64,000 bases of DNA from Saccostrea cucullata (Eukaryota): positions 620,001-684,000 of the forward strand of contig NW_026938498.1 of the NCBI RefSeq assembly GCF_032062105.1, given 5' to 3'. Under the pieces are notes generated by a model that ran no database searches, was not told the DNA's origin, and was given only the letters and a program-made list of their open reading frames with translations. Both the position numbers and the translations under genes were made by a program. Below are positions 1 to 11,815 of the stretch, one piece after another (within the stretch, counting starts at the first letter, position 1; every line of letters begins with the position of its first letter).

Positions 1-79
1 CCCAACTTCGTTTGGGGAACATAATTAAGGTAAATTACCGAGTGTCACGAAATGCGGGGTGATTCGAAATACCCTAAAC

Positions 80-3000
80 GACTGAATATGAATTCAGTCT
101 TTTATCATGTTTGTCGCCAGTTTTGAATTTTTACCACTTTGTACTGCAAACTAGCAAAGTTTTGGCTGCAGTAACAACTCATGTTTTCTTGGGGGGGGGG
201 GGGAGGGGGATAGTACCCTCCTCCGAATAATTTTGCCAATATTTATCGTGGAGGGTCCTATATCGATGGGGTACCTAAATCGGTGGCATCTCCTTTTGAG
301 CTGATGATTTTTAATGGGAGATCTGACTTCATCAATATATGAATCTTACGTAACACAGTAGTTAAAAGTATGTAATGTAAAATGAAAAATATGCTTAGGA
401 ATGACGGTGTTTTGTTAACTCAAAAACACATTAAATTTATGAAACGTAATAAATTTACATGTAGATTGAAATTACCAATTATTTTTGAATTTGTTGAGAG
501 TATGCAATCAAATGCCTGTTTGTATTCTTATATTTTCTCAACTGATGACAAAACAAGTTGCTAAGACACTAAGAAAAATACGTACGTTTATATTGAAAAT
601 ATATGATTTTAGTTAGTGAGTCCTCTATGATTTTCCCCTCGCTTATTTCATTATTACATGTTTCATATGTGTTTTTCTTTTCCTTTTCATACTTGTACCT
701 CTGACCTGAATTTATATGTTGTTAATATATTCTTCATTGTCCCCATGTACCTGAAATGGTTTGAGTGAATAAAATGATCTTAAACTTGAACGGGGCCAGG
801 TACCTTAAACAAAATATCAAATATATTTTGATTTAAAATATGTTATTATTTGATTTAATTTCCTATTCAATATTGTACTTGTTAGGAAAAATTTTGTAAC
901 TGTTAATAACCATTAATAGCTACTACATGTATAATGCCCAAAATAAAAAAAAAAACATCTGATGACCTTTTATTTTTTTTTTACTTTCTATGGAATTCTT
1001 GGTAGTTGATAATGTAGGTTGTCCCCCCTCCCCCACACTGAAATTGCTTCCTCTGGGCCTGTTATTTGTTTATTCAAGCTAAGTTGTTGTTTCTTTCTTA
1101 CATTCAAATATTTTAAAATAAGTTTTTTCTCTTTCATAGTGTAATAATGCTCCACAGCAACTTCCCATGTGAAGAAAAAAATGATCATACATGACTTCTT
1201 TCCATATTGACATACCTGTCACTTTTTACCCAATAGTACAAAAGAGTTCCAACAAGGGGAGATAACAATTTAACTCCAGCAAATTGGTAACAAGGGGCTA
1301 AAATAAGCAAAAGAAAGTTATATGAAGTATTCAAATCAGTTATTCCTCTTCTAAAAAATAAATTAGATTAAGAATCTTCTTTTTTTATTTAAATATCATA
1401 GAAATAATCCAAAAATATGGTAAAAGTCTGTTATTTAAAATATGTGAAATTGTAGCAAAATATGGTATTTCAAAGTTAATTTACAACATGTAGATATTAT
1501 TTCCCAAGCTCAATATTTTAATACAGAGTAGACCTTAGATCATTCTTAAAGTAACAATTAATTTAATTTAATTTCAACCTTGGTCTTGAGAGAAATGAGC
1601 ATCTAAAAATGGCTAAAAAATCATACTCATTTATTTAGGATCTATAAATAGATGTGTAAAAAATAAAATATTTATTTGAATTAAGGTAGAACCTATGTCG
1701 GAGAAGTCTTTGTCACAAGATTTTCAAACTTTTCATAATGATAAATTAGCACTTGCTTATCAATCAGTTAAAAGCACATGCCATGTTTCCTTGCTATTAA
1801 ATGTAGTGCAGCCAGTTAAACATGGAATGATAAATACATATTGCGACTTCACAATTTCAGTCATTTTAGGGGTACTTGTCATGCAAAGAAGACAACAAAA
1901 TCCGAGAATTGTTTCTTTAAACATCGTTGTTTCTATTGTTTATAAATTGAACAGTATTAAACAATATTTCCCGAGAATAAATTCTTTTTTATTCAATTGA
2001 CATAAAAGATAAGTCCAAATTTTCAAAACTATAGGCAAATGAACTCTATTTATTTTCAGTCAATTTTCCACCCTACATTTGTAAATATATATCAGAAATC
2101 TTTGTCACAATGTTTTCAATCTTTAACATGATAAAGAACATACCCAAATGATTACAAAAAGTGATTAAAATATATACCTTTCCCCTCTAACTAATGAGAA
2201 ATAGGTTAATTACCGATACTAATATTCTTGACTTTTTTGCACTTACACGGATTTTATTATTAAATGACTGTGCAGGGCTACTTTCAGCTTTAAAATGTTT
2301 ATGAAAAATTGTACTTTTAACTTAAAAGATCATATTTAATAGAGAAATTGTAATAAAACTCCAAGAATATGAATAAGTAACAAATAATTATGAAAAGGAA
2401 TGCACATCATTTCATGATAGATATCACAAAATGTACACACAATCTACAACACATACATCTTTGACTTAGACACATTTCATCAAGATATTACACCATTTAG
2501 TTGGCAGACTGACGATTTTTTAAAAAAGATTTTTGCATTCCTTCAAAATAGTTACAGACCATTTACATTATTACAGTTTGTTGTATACATGGCAATTTCA
2601 TCACACAATATAGTCTTGGATTTGTCAACTTAATTAAGGTCAAGATCTATTAAATGAAAGGTGCCTACAGGTTTCTCTAATTCAAGAAATATATTGTCAT
2701 TAAGCATTATATTAAAAAAAATATATATATCAAATATTATGAAGATTATTTCGGCATGATTTTAAATTGAATTCTGTGAATTTCAAAATGCAGTATTTTC
2801 TACCATTTCTATACTGAAGCTGTAAAGTACGGGAAATGACATGGAATTAATTATGACGTCATAATGGATCTAGCACAGACTAAACACATTCACTAGTTAT
2901 GATGTCATACGACATAGGTTCTACGTTAAGTTTTTCCTCATTAATTGTGTTAATTGGACCATGACTTTGAAAATAAAACAAAATTTGAAAGTAAACTGAT

Positions 3001-3241
3001 GACAAAAGGTAACTTTTTGACTTGATCAATTTGTATACATTTTCCATTAAATTTTGTGTGATTTTCGACAAATATGCAAATGAGCTGTTACTAAAAATAG
3101 ATGCAGGGTTCGACATTTTTTGGTGGATATTCTGACTTCTACCTTTATGTAGAAAATTTTAAGCCACTTAAAATTCCCAAGTTGCAACCTTCCATTTGGA
3201 CGATTTTTTGAATTTTGCATGGTTTTCTCGCGGACTGGCTC
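80..3241 (+). mobile_element. Non-autonomous TTAA-targeting DNA transposon (Kolobok-like), copy 1; left part outside the window or disrupted
   Basis: Colinear and highly similar to ~36820-38749. Ends in TIR ...tgcatggttttctcgcggactggctc followed by TTAA (3242-3245). Purine-purine termini plus TTAA fit Kolobok better than piggyBac (CCY termini). Confidence 0.8.
1685..2925. mobile_element. Second Kolobok-like MITE nested in copy 1
   Basis: TIRs ggtagaacctatgtcg / cgacataggttctacg (15/16 match), TTAA at 1681-1684 and 2926-2929. The empty site gaaTTAAgttttt is present in the sister copy at 38454-38457. Confidence 0.9.
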
Positions 3242-3746
3242 TTAAATGCATTCCATTTCATGAAGCTCTCATTTTCATTTATTAATCTAATTTGATGCAA
3301 GGAGTTGCATTTACTTTCAACACTGTTCAAATTTCTAGAATAGAAAAAAAATTGTGCAAAGGTTCGTCAATCAAGAGAAAAAAAACACCTATTATGTTTG
3401 TTTTAAATAAATGCATAAATTCAATGTGAATTGTTTTGATTAATTTCATTCTTTATTTGAAAAAAAAAATGTAAGTTTCAAGACAGAATATTTTCATTTG
3501 CTGATGTCTTTCCTTATATAACAATGTTAATAAAATTGAAATTCAATTTTCACTGACATGCAGTTGGTCACTGGATCAGACTTTTTTGAGTATGAAAAGC
3601 AAACTGTACCACCCATTTGGAAAGTACCGATTGTGACGTCACATGACGTCGTAGATACGTTATGTTACATTTCCAAAGCAAAGTCTAAATAATGTCTATA
3701 TATCTTTGTAACACGACTAAAAAAGTCAAATATAAAAATAACAAAT

Positions 3747-3885
3747 AAAATATCATTTTTAGTGTTTCATTGGGGTATGATAAAGTCGGTACGTGATCAA
3801 ATCTACTATAACGCCCTTCATTATAGAATTTGATCACGTGACCGACTTCATGTGAAACTCAATGAAACTTAAAAAATGATTTTTT
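3747..3885. repeat. Long imperfect palindrome (hairpin), probably part of a non-autonomous DNA element (Crypton-like?)
   Basis: Arms atcatttttagtgtttcattgggg..aagtcggtacgtgatcaaat and atttgatcacgtgaccgactt..ctcaatgaaacttaaaaaatgat are reverse complements. Confidence 0.65.
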
Positions 3886-3947
3886 TTCATTTCTTAAAAA
3901 AAAATTGATTTATCAATGAGAACAAATAAAAAAAAGATTGGGATTAA

Positions 3948-4722
3948 AGTGGAAAGCGTAAAATATATAATTTTTTTTGGATAGGGTAGGGTAAGTGTTA
4001 TTTACTAAAAATAGTTTATAATATATTTATCATTGATCCATCAACTGCTATCGCAAGTTCATTTTTTATGGAAAGCAGAGAATGATTATTAAATTTCTAC
4101 CTACTTAAAATTCTAAAAAAGAGTATTATGATTTTAATAAAAATATAAAATATATATGTTAGACATGAATAATAATTGAAGTTTTACGCGGAAAACTATG
4201 ATTACTTTTCAGAAAAATAGCATTTTTGTATTGAATCGTTTGAATTGCTGTAATAATCAAAACTTTTGGAAAAGTTCCCGTCAAATGTAAATAATTAAAT
4301 ATATTTATTTTATTGGAAAGACAGCTAGGAGAGAAAAGAGTATTGTATAAAATATATAGGTAATACATGCATAATTAAAGTTTAACGCGGAAATCTGTTA
4401 TAACTTTTCAAAAGAATTGCATTGTTGTTTCGAATTGCATGTATTGCTCTTAAAATTAAAATAATTAAAAAATAAAATAGAATAAAAAATACCCGTAGAA
4501 TGTAATTTTTTTTTTTAATTGGAAAGACAGCTTGAGCTAGGAGAGAGAAGAGTATTGTATAATAAAATTCAAATGTAAGCGATAATCTATCCGTCAATCG
4601 ATCGTGACTGCTAAAAGAAGCTATCCTATTTTTGATAACTTTAATAAGGAGAGACATCATAGGGACTAATTGCCCGTGTGTTACGTAAGATGAAGGGAAG
4701 ACGGATCTCATATGCTACTACT
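3948..4722. mobile_element. Degenerate TTAA-flanked MITE containing a diverged ~200-bp tandem dimer (4180-4565)
   Basis: ttaa|agtggaaagcgta ... tatgctactact|ttaa. Internal duplication of acgcggaaa...ttggaaagacagct...aagagtattgtataa. Confidence 0.4.
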
Positions 4723-5007
4723 TTAAATATAACTTTGATAATAAAGGATCTAAGAGAATCGACGAATATTAAAATGGGTTTTATCTATGTACATGTTTCT
4801 TGCCTCATCAATAGTTTTCATCGACCTATATATGTATGCAAACATTTATTAAATCATTGAAAATATAACAGCTGTTTCTTCACCTTAGATGATTTAAGCA
4901 TCAGATGTGAGATTTTGTTAAGTTTTCAAAACAAAGAAAAATATTTTTGGAAAGTAAAGGATACATATTCTACAATACCATTGCCTACAAGAATATTTTT
5001 ACTTATG

Positions 5008-5921
5008 GCACTTTGAAAAAATTAAGCACTTTGAAAAAAAATTTCAAAGTGCGTTAAAATTGGGACAAAATCAACGCACTTTGAAAGTTTTTTTTCTCAA
5101 CATGCGTTAAATTTGCGACACACTCAACGCACTTTGAAAATTTTTTTCAAAGTGCGTTATGAGCGTACATAAACATTTTTTTTACATTGGGACATTTAAT
5201 GCACTTTGAAAAAATATGCATAAAACAAACATTTCTAGACTTACAGATTTTAGTAATTGAGAGAACAAATTTGTAATAATTATATCTTTCGGAAAACTTT
5301 ATAATTTGCATGTACTCATTCAACCTCATTGACAACAAGGAGAAGACGAGTAGGAGGTCGCTCAGCCCAACTCTTTTTTTCCTATACATTGTACATAGCC
5401 GTCGGTAGCAAATTGAAAATGGACCCCCCCCCCAAGATAAGCCCCAATTTTCAATGCCTACATTATATATATTCTTGCAAAACATTTGAGTGACTAACAC
5501 CCCCCCCGTACAGATGCCTATGCTTCACCCAAATATATGTATTTGCATAACTGGTATGACGTTGAAAAATTTCAATAAATTTTAGTTTACATAAAATGCA
5601 TGCAAACTGGAAAAAAATAAGTACAGTAAAACATTTAAGAGAGAAATAATTTTCAAAATATGGAAAAAAATCAAAATCGCTCACTTTTACATTCTGAAGT
5701 GACCTCATCAACGAAGAGTTATCAAACAGGTCCAATTATTTATCATACCTAAGATTTGTAAGAATATTGACCAAGCATTTTTTCACAGTGCGTTAATATG
5801 GACGATATTAACGCACTTTGAAAAGATATTTTATTATTTCAAAGTGCGTGGATTTGGTCCCAAATTTAACGCACTTTGATTTTTTTTCAAAGCGCGTAAT
5901 TTTCCAAAGTGCGTTGTAACA
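5008..5921. mobile_element. MITE with long modular terminal inverted repeats
   Basis: Left block (aagtgcgttaaaattgggacaaaatcaacgcactttgaa) is the reverse complement of the right block (ttcaaagtgcgtggatttggtcccaaatttaacgcacttt). Many aacgcactttgaa / ttcaaagtgcgtt modules; right end ...gcgttgtaaca. Confidence 0.75.
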
Positions 5922-8392
5922 TGACATACTTTAAAATCTAATAAAAAAAAGTTTAAAGTGTTCAAGGACACCGCTATGTAGAGCATCCTCTAACGAAGAA
6001 CATATATATGTGGATCTATAAATCAAGGCAACATTTGATATCGATTCCGTTTCGTTCAAGGACAAACGACGCAGGAATAAATTTAAGTAACGTCTACGAT
6101 ATATATGATGCAAGTGTATAAAATTAATAATCAGTCGTGATACATGTATTTACAAAGTACATGTACATTAAATTAATATTTTCTGTACTAATTCATTGTT
6201 TTTGTTGTTAATAAACCCAATGGAATATGAGGAAATTCTAAAATTAAAAAAAGATTCAGCATTAAGATTCTTCAAAATAAACGTCGAATAATTCAATGTA
6301 TTTCAACTGCACTGTACAGTGTATTTGTTCAACTAATTACCATTTATTTTTATCCCATCCCTTATCATGTACAAGTATTATTCAAACTCATTTGTTCTGT
6401 AAAACAAACTAAAGTGGCAAAATATACTTTTAGTAGTTTGGCTTGAAAGTTAATATTTTATTGAGAAGTGTAGTTTACAATTAATAGCTTCCATTGCGCA
6501 TGCGCGCTTTTCACATGGGTAAACGATTCATTTGTTAGGGATAATCAAAGTCCTAGGAGAAATGATGACAAACATATAACCCAGACCTCCATACCATTTA
6601 CAATAATGTAACGATCGAGATCAATATTGACGGATACAATTCCAACACAAACTTTCAGATCTAATTACAATTTTCTGGAATGCTTAGTAGGTCGTTTTAA
6701 AGTTATTTACACAAGTATGGTGCTCTAAAGATCAATCAATATTTCTTTAAAATATTCTGAAAAAAATCTGAGCAAAAAAGCAAAGAATGAGAAATTGCTG
6801 AAATTTCATTACATGTAAGAATAATATTAAAATATGCAGAGGATACTTCATATTGTATTGAATACGGTTTCAATCGAACGTCATATGAATAACAATGTCA
6901 TATTCTGACTTAAATGTCAGGATGTGAGATTTAATTGATACTATTTAATCTCCATGTGACAATATCTATTAAGGTAATGTCCACTTTTTGGTCTTTAAAT
7001 TAGTGCGTGTATGGTTTTTAATAATAAATTATTCTAACTTCATACTAGAAGAGTCATATTGTATTTACCAGTTGAACTTTTCTACAATGTTTAGCAAAAG
7101 AAAAAAAAAAGAAAAAAACCATTAGCATCTTCATCGGAATGATCCTCATGTGAATTGCAAGATATGTGAAATGCATTATTAAGAATGTTATTTTACAGAG
7201 TCGTCAAAAAGTAATATAAAGTGAAAGATATCATCAAGAATATAGATTCTTATGTCATTGATATCGTGTTCATTACAAAGGAAATTTAATGCTGTGTATT
7301 TTATCTCATTAATCATGACATAAACGGTGTTACAGGATGCTATTACTATTAAAAATGGGGATCTACATTAAATTGCTTATCATTGGAAAACAATTCGCAA
7401 TTTGGATCAATGTAAATATCCTAGGATGAAACATCACTTTATACTCATTCTTTTAACCGGAAATTGAAGCGCATCTTAGGCAGAAACTAACAAGCAATCA
7501 AAGCTGGACGTTATAAGCAAGCAAGAAAGAAATGTAATACTTATTTTCCACGAAAGGGTTAATTGAACATCATTAATTTCATTCAAACGTCTATGACGTT
7601 TGAATATTGTTCGTTAATGATCGGTTATACCCTTGGCTTAAACATAGGGTTTCCTAAGCAATTGATGGATTGATTTTGATTTTTCTATTGTAGATCTAGA
7701 CTTTGAGTAAGGTAGTGAAAGGCCTTAATGCATCTTCAAAAACTATGTTTCGCTCTTAAACTCTGACGTTAATGAGGCAGGCATCAATTTCTATGACAGT
7801 AATAAGAGAAGTATGCATGCTATAGAGAATAAGATCATTTACAAAATTTCCTCAATTTGTTTGATTCGCGGGTATCAAATGTTCAAGAAGAGTGGGCGAA
7901 AATTGAGTGTCCAGTAACAAAAATTATATTATATACAGATATAAATCATACAGATTTGCATTATTTGCTGTTTAGTCAAAACCTTTGATAAGATGATAAG
8001 CAGTAATTTTTACTAACATTTTGTTTAATCATGGTGGTTATATATTGCTCTTTTCCCATTAATTTCCCGTCAAATAATTGAAAAGGTTTTTGGTGAATTA
8101 ACTTTAGAAGGTCTATTGTTCAAAGATTGGAAAAACATGCGAAAGAATGGTGTCTAGATATAAAGTTCATCAAGTTCACTGTCTGTAAATCATTTTCAAA
8201 TGATTTTCAAAATGGCGCCTCTCAAATAAAACTTTCTATTTCTAGTTCTGATTCTATTTATAGTGTTATGATTTCATTTCGATTACTCGTGGTAAGAAAG
8301 ACTGGAATTCTTTCACGTAGCTTAACGCGTCTACAAATGTGGTCCTATGAAGCAGATTTATTTTTAAAAATGAGATGAAGAAAACACTTGCA

Positions 8393-8978
8393 GTAGCCTT
8401 TAACTCGACATTTGATAATTCAAAGGCGCTTTATAATTTAACAAGTTATTTTTATTCATATCTGTGACCTTAAATAAAAGACACCACAGAGTCTGCCACA
8501 CCTGTTTCATATTTTGATATTTTATTGAGTATAGACGCCAAAGACACATTCATACTCATATTTCGACGTATTACTGACCAAAGAGGACAAAGGCCAACGA
8601 ATAATGTGATTTTTTGACTTCATCATCAACTTTCCTTATGTATCTCAGCTATCAACTGCATATGGTGTTGACATAGCCCAACTTATTCGCTACTCGAGAG
8701 CATGCTCTGAGCATGATCATTTCTTAAACCAAGGCAGGCTACTCATACATAAGTTGATGTTACAGGGATTTCAATAAGGTTGTTTAAAAACAGTATTTCC
8801 TAAATTGCATGGTCCTTGTGATGACATTTTCAGCAAATACATGTACATGTATAATTATCCTATCCCTGGGTCGTCTTTAGGCTAACCTGTTCCTTACCCT
8901 TTGTTAGATTTTTTTTGTTTATTTACTGATTTTGACCTCAGAATTTTCCGTCTATCTTATCAATACATTGAGGCTTAC
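8393..8978 (+). mobile_element. Penelope-like retroelement, degenerate RT 3' fragment
   Basis: Frameshifted translation gives IKDTTESATPVSYFDILL ... AYGVDIAQLIRYSRACSEHDHFLNQGRLLIHKLMLQGF, a PLE RT thumb-like region. Shares its 3' UTR with other copies. Confidence 0.75.
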
Positions 8979-9652
8979 AAAACAAGAGGATTATAACAAG
9001 TTGTACAATTATCTATAACAGCTGCATTTTTTAACAGTTAAATTGCTACAATTTATTACATTTTAAACAGTGAAATGATTAAATTCTTTTATTGAATGTA
9101 AGTAATATCTCAAGTTGTCAGATTGTGAAATGATATCAAAAAGTATTCAGTCAACGTATATATTGTAATAGAATATCAGATGTGCAGTAAGAAGCATGGA
9201 TTTCCTTCCCTTCACCATAAATTGTTAAATATACTTCCCGTCCTAAGACAGAGGGAGTAAATAATCATCCCAAAATCTGAGACTAAACAAACAACAATCT
9301 CCAAATATTATTTAATTTTGGTTGTAACGCGTCATTTGATTGAATAAAAAATTTACTAAATAATCTAACTTGTATCATCAGGTTTGCCTACGTCAATGAC
9401 TAACGTCAGAAATGTATCTATCCGCTTGACGTTACGTTTAAAATATGAACAATTTGAAGGTGTTTTTTAAGGGAGAAATTGTCATATTTATATACACAAT
9501 GATTGAAAATTAATTTCTGAATGTATTAAATAGCAACCCAAGTAATACACTGTACTGTTATAACCTGGGTTGGAGCAGTTTACTTTTTTTTTTATATACA
9601 AACCGCTTCGCGTATTGCTATTTAATTCATTTCTAAAATATTGAAATTCATT

Positions 9653-9792
9653 TAAGGAATGTTTTCTAAGATTTGTGTGAGTTATTGGTGTGTAAATCAC
9701 ACAGACTTGTCACGTAGGCATATTTCATGAAGCGCGCAAGTCTTGTGTGATTACATTCCAATAACTCACACAAAACTAAGAAACATTCCTTA
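9653..9792. repeat. Long imperfect palindrome
   Basis: taaggaatgttttctaagatttgtgtgagttattgg..aatcacacagacttg / caagtcttgtgtgatt..ccaataactcacacaaaactaagaaacattcctta. Confidence 0.75.
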
Positions 9793-10564
9793 TATTTACA
9801 TTTTATATGTTTGAAAGCATATACTCATTATTTGAATTTCTCGCCGCCCTATATCTTTGCATTTTTACTATCGTCGCTGTAGCCTCATTGTAACGTCATG
9901 TAAGCGCAAGTTTCTCTGTGTATATTTCTACGCGTGAGTATACACGAAAAGGTCTTCAAATCATTTTCACAGTTGACTTCGAAAACCACAGCAAATGTAA
10001 ATATGTTACAATGTTTGCATTGCAACACGGAGTTAAGAAAAAAACACAGGAAAAGATAAAATCAACAAAAATGAAAAAAAAATCTATATCTTCATTATTT
10101 TGTACTTGATCAATTCCATTTTAGAGACAGGATATTTTTATTCTTTCCCTCGTGAAAATACAAAAAGAAAACTATCCCAATAGTATAATAAATTCCATAT
10201 TCAACTACAAAATATTGAATATTCTTTATATATTGTTCTCTAAAATTAGATCAGAAGTAATTTGATCTTATGATTTTCAAATATTAAAGATGCTTTTATA
10301 GTTCACCCAATGATGGCACATTTGACGTAAGAATTTCTTCGCCCATAAAAAAAAATCATATTCCCTAAGGTCATATGTACTCGTACTTTAATGCTATGAA
10401 TATTATATCAAATACTAGGATTATCATTCGATCGGATTAATTGACCATTTCCATATATGACTCTACTTTTTAAAAATCATTGCAATGTGTATCACGAAAA
10501 TTCTTCATTCAACTCTAAAAATTCATAATTATATGACACATACAGAGAAAAGTCTTTCTTTGAA

Positions 10565-11268
10565 TTGATTGATTTTATTTGGTTTAATGTCCCTCTCAAG
10601 AGTTTTCATTCATATGGAGACCCCATCACTTGTTGGTGGAGAATTGCAAGTTTTGTCTTATACCGTATAGCGGGTTATTTTAGCGGGGTGTTAATTTTGG
10701 CTTAATTGGCGTTTTATTTTTAGATGTTGCTAAAATTTCAATCGCACCTTTAAATATTCTATATATCTGTCTTGCAAGTTGTGTGTCATCTATTGATATT
10801 TAGCGATGCGTTTGAAACCCGAAATAATAACTGATGAAATAAAGCGATATTACGCCAAAATTATAACTAAATTCATACCTTTAAGAGAGGCAAAACGCCA
10901 AATTTTACACCCGCCAAAAATATAGTCCCTGCTAGTTTTCTAACACAATTTACCTTTCGGCAATTTGAGCAGTGAGAAAAATATGGTCTTTTAAATCTCT
11001 TTTAAATATATGACATATGCAAATATACAGAATACCTACTGCGACATGGGACCGTTAACATGTTAATAAAGAATATAGAAATTTTACATTTATAATTTAT
11101 GGTGCAATAGGTAAAAGAAAGTTTTGCCACGTCTTGGCCACACAGAGGTATTGTACGAAGCGAACCCGGGACATAAGGATATATACGCCTTTCTCCACAT
11201 CCCACAGTGGATTGGAACCCAGGACGTAAGGATACACGCCTTTCTTTGCCCTAACCACTGCGCCAATT
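10565..11268 (-). mobile_element. Fragmented tRNA-derived SINE (tail 10565-10660, head ~11130-11268), interrupted by a TACCGTA-starting DNA-transposon fragment (~10661-10945)
   Basis: Tail gattgattttatttggtttaatgtccctctcaagag matches the SINE at 56832. Reverse complement of the head has A box TGGCGCAGTGG and B-box-like GGTTCCAATCC. Part of the insert recurs inverted at ~50962-50986. Confidence 0.6.
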
Positions 11269-11454
11269 TACGATATATAAACAATTAGACGAAGTATTCT
11301 CGTTTGGGAATCATTTATGATATCTCTACAAAAACGTAGACTTTTATTGTCATTTTGTACAGATTCCGTTGTGATTTTCAGGTTTTTTTTTTCTAAACAG
11401 GAAAATATAAGAATAACATGAGTTTCCGAAAGAACTACGAGCAGACATCGGATA

Positions 11455-11815
11455 AAAGAGAGGTTAAACATTTGACCGTGTGTGTCTACGTGTAAAGCTG
11501 GAAGTGTTTTTACAAGTACGCGTAACTAATATCGTGTTTTGTTAAACAATATGTATGTGTATACCAGTACGTGTAACACGTCATTACGTGTAACACGTCA
11601 TTTCAGCATGTCATTTTATAATGATTCTATGATTAAAGATCAACATTGCAACTAACATCGCCTGGCATATAAATATTCTATAATTTGAGAAGCTAAACGC
11701 TCTTACTTTCGTGTACGTCTGAATTTACAGGTTATGAACTTGTAGAATTACGCGTCATGCAAAATTAATGACGTAAATCGCAGTAAATTATGATGGGATT
11801 TCTCTAGCTACATCT
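11455..11815 (-). mobile_element. Degenerate copy of the TAGAGAGG-terminal MITE, inverted relative to 14464-14900
   Basis: Starts agagaggttaaacatttgaccgtg. Internal aacttgtagaattacgcg..atgcaaaattaatgacgtaaatcgcag is the reverse complement of ~14522-14568. Confidence 0.7.

Noticed and set aside
6497-6508. NRF1-like TGCGCATGCGCG site
   Set aside because: A single motif with no supported nearby TSS.
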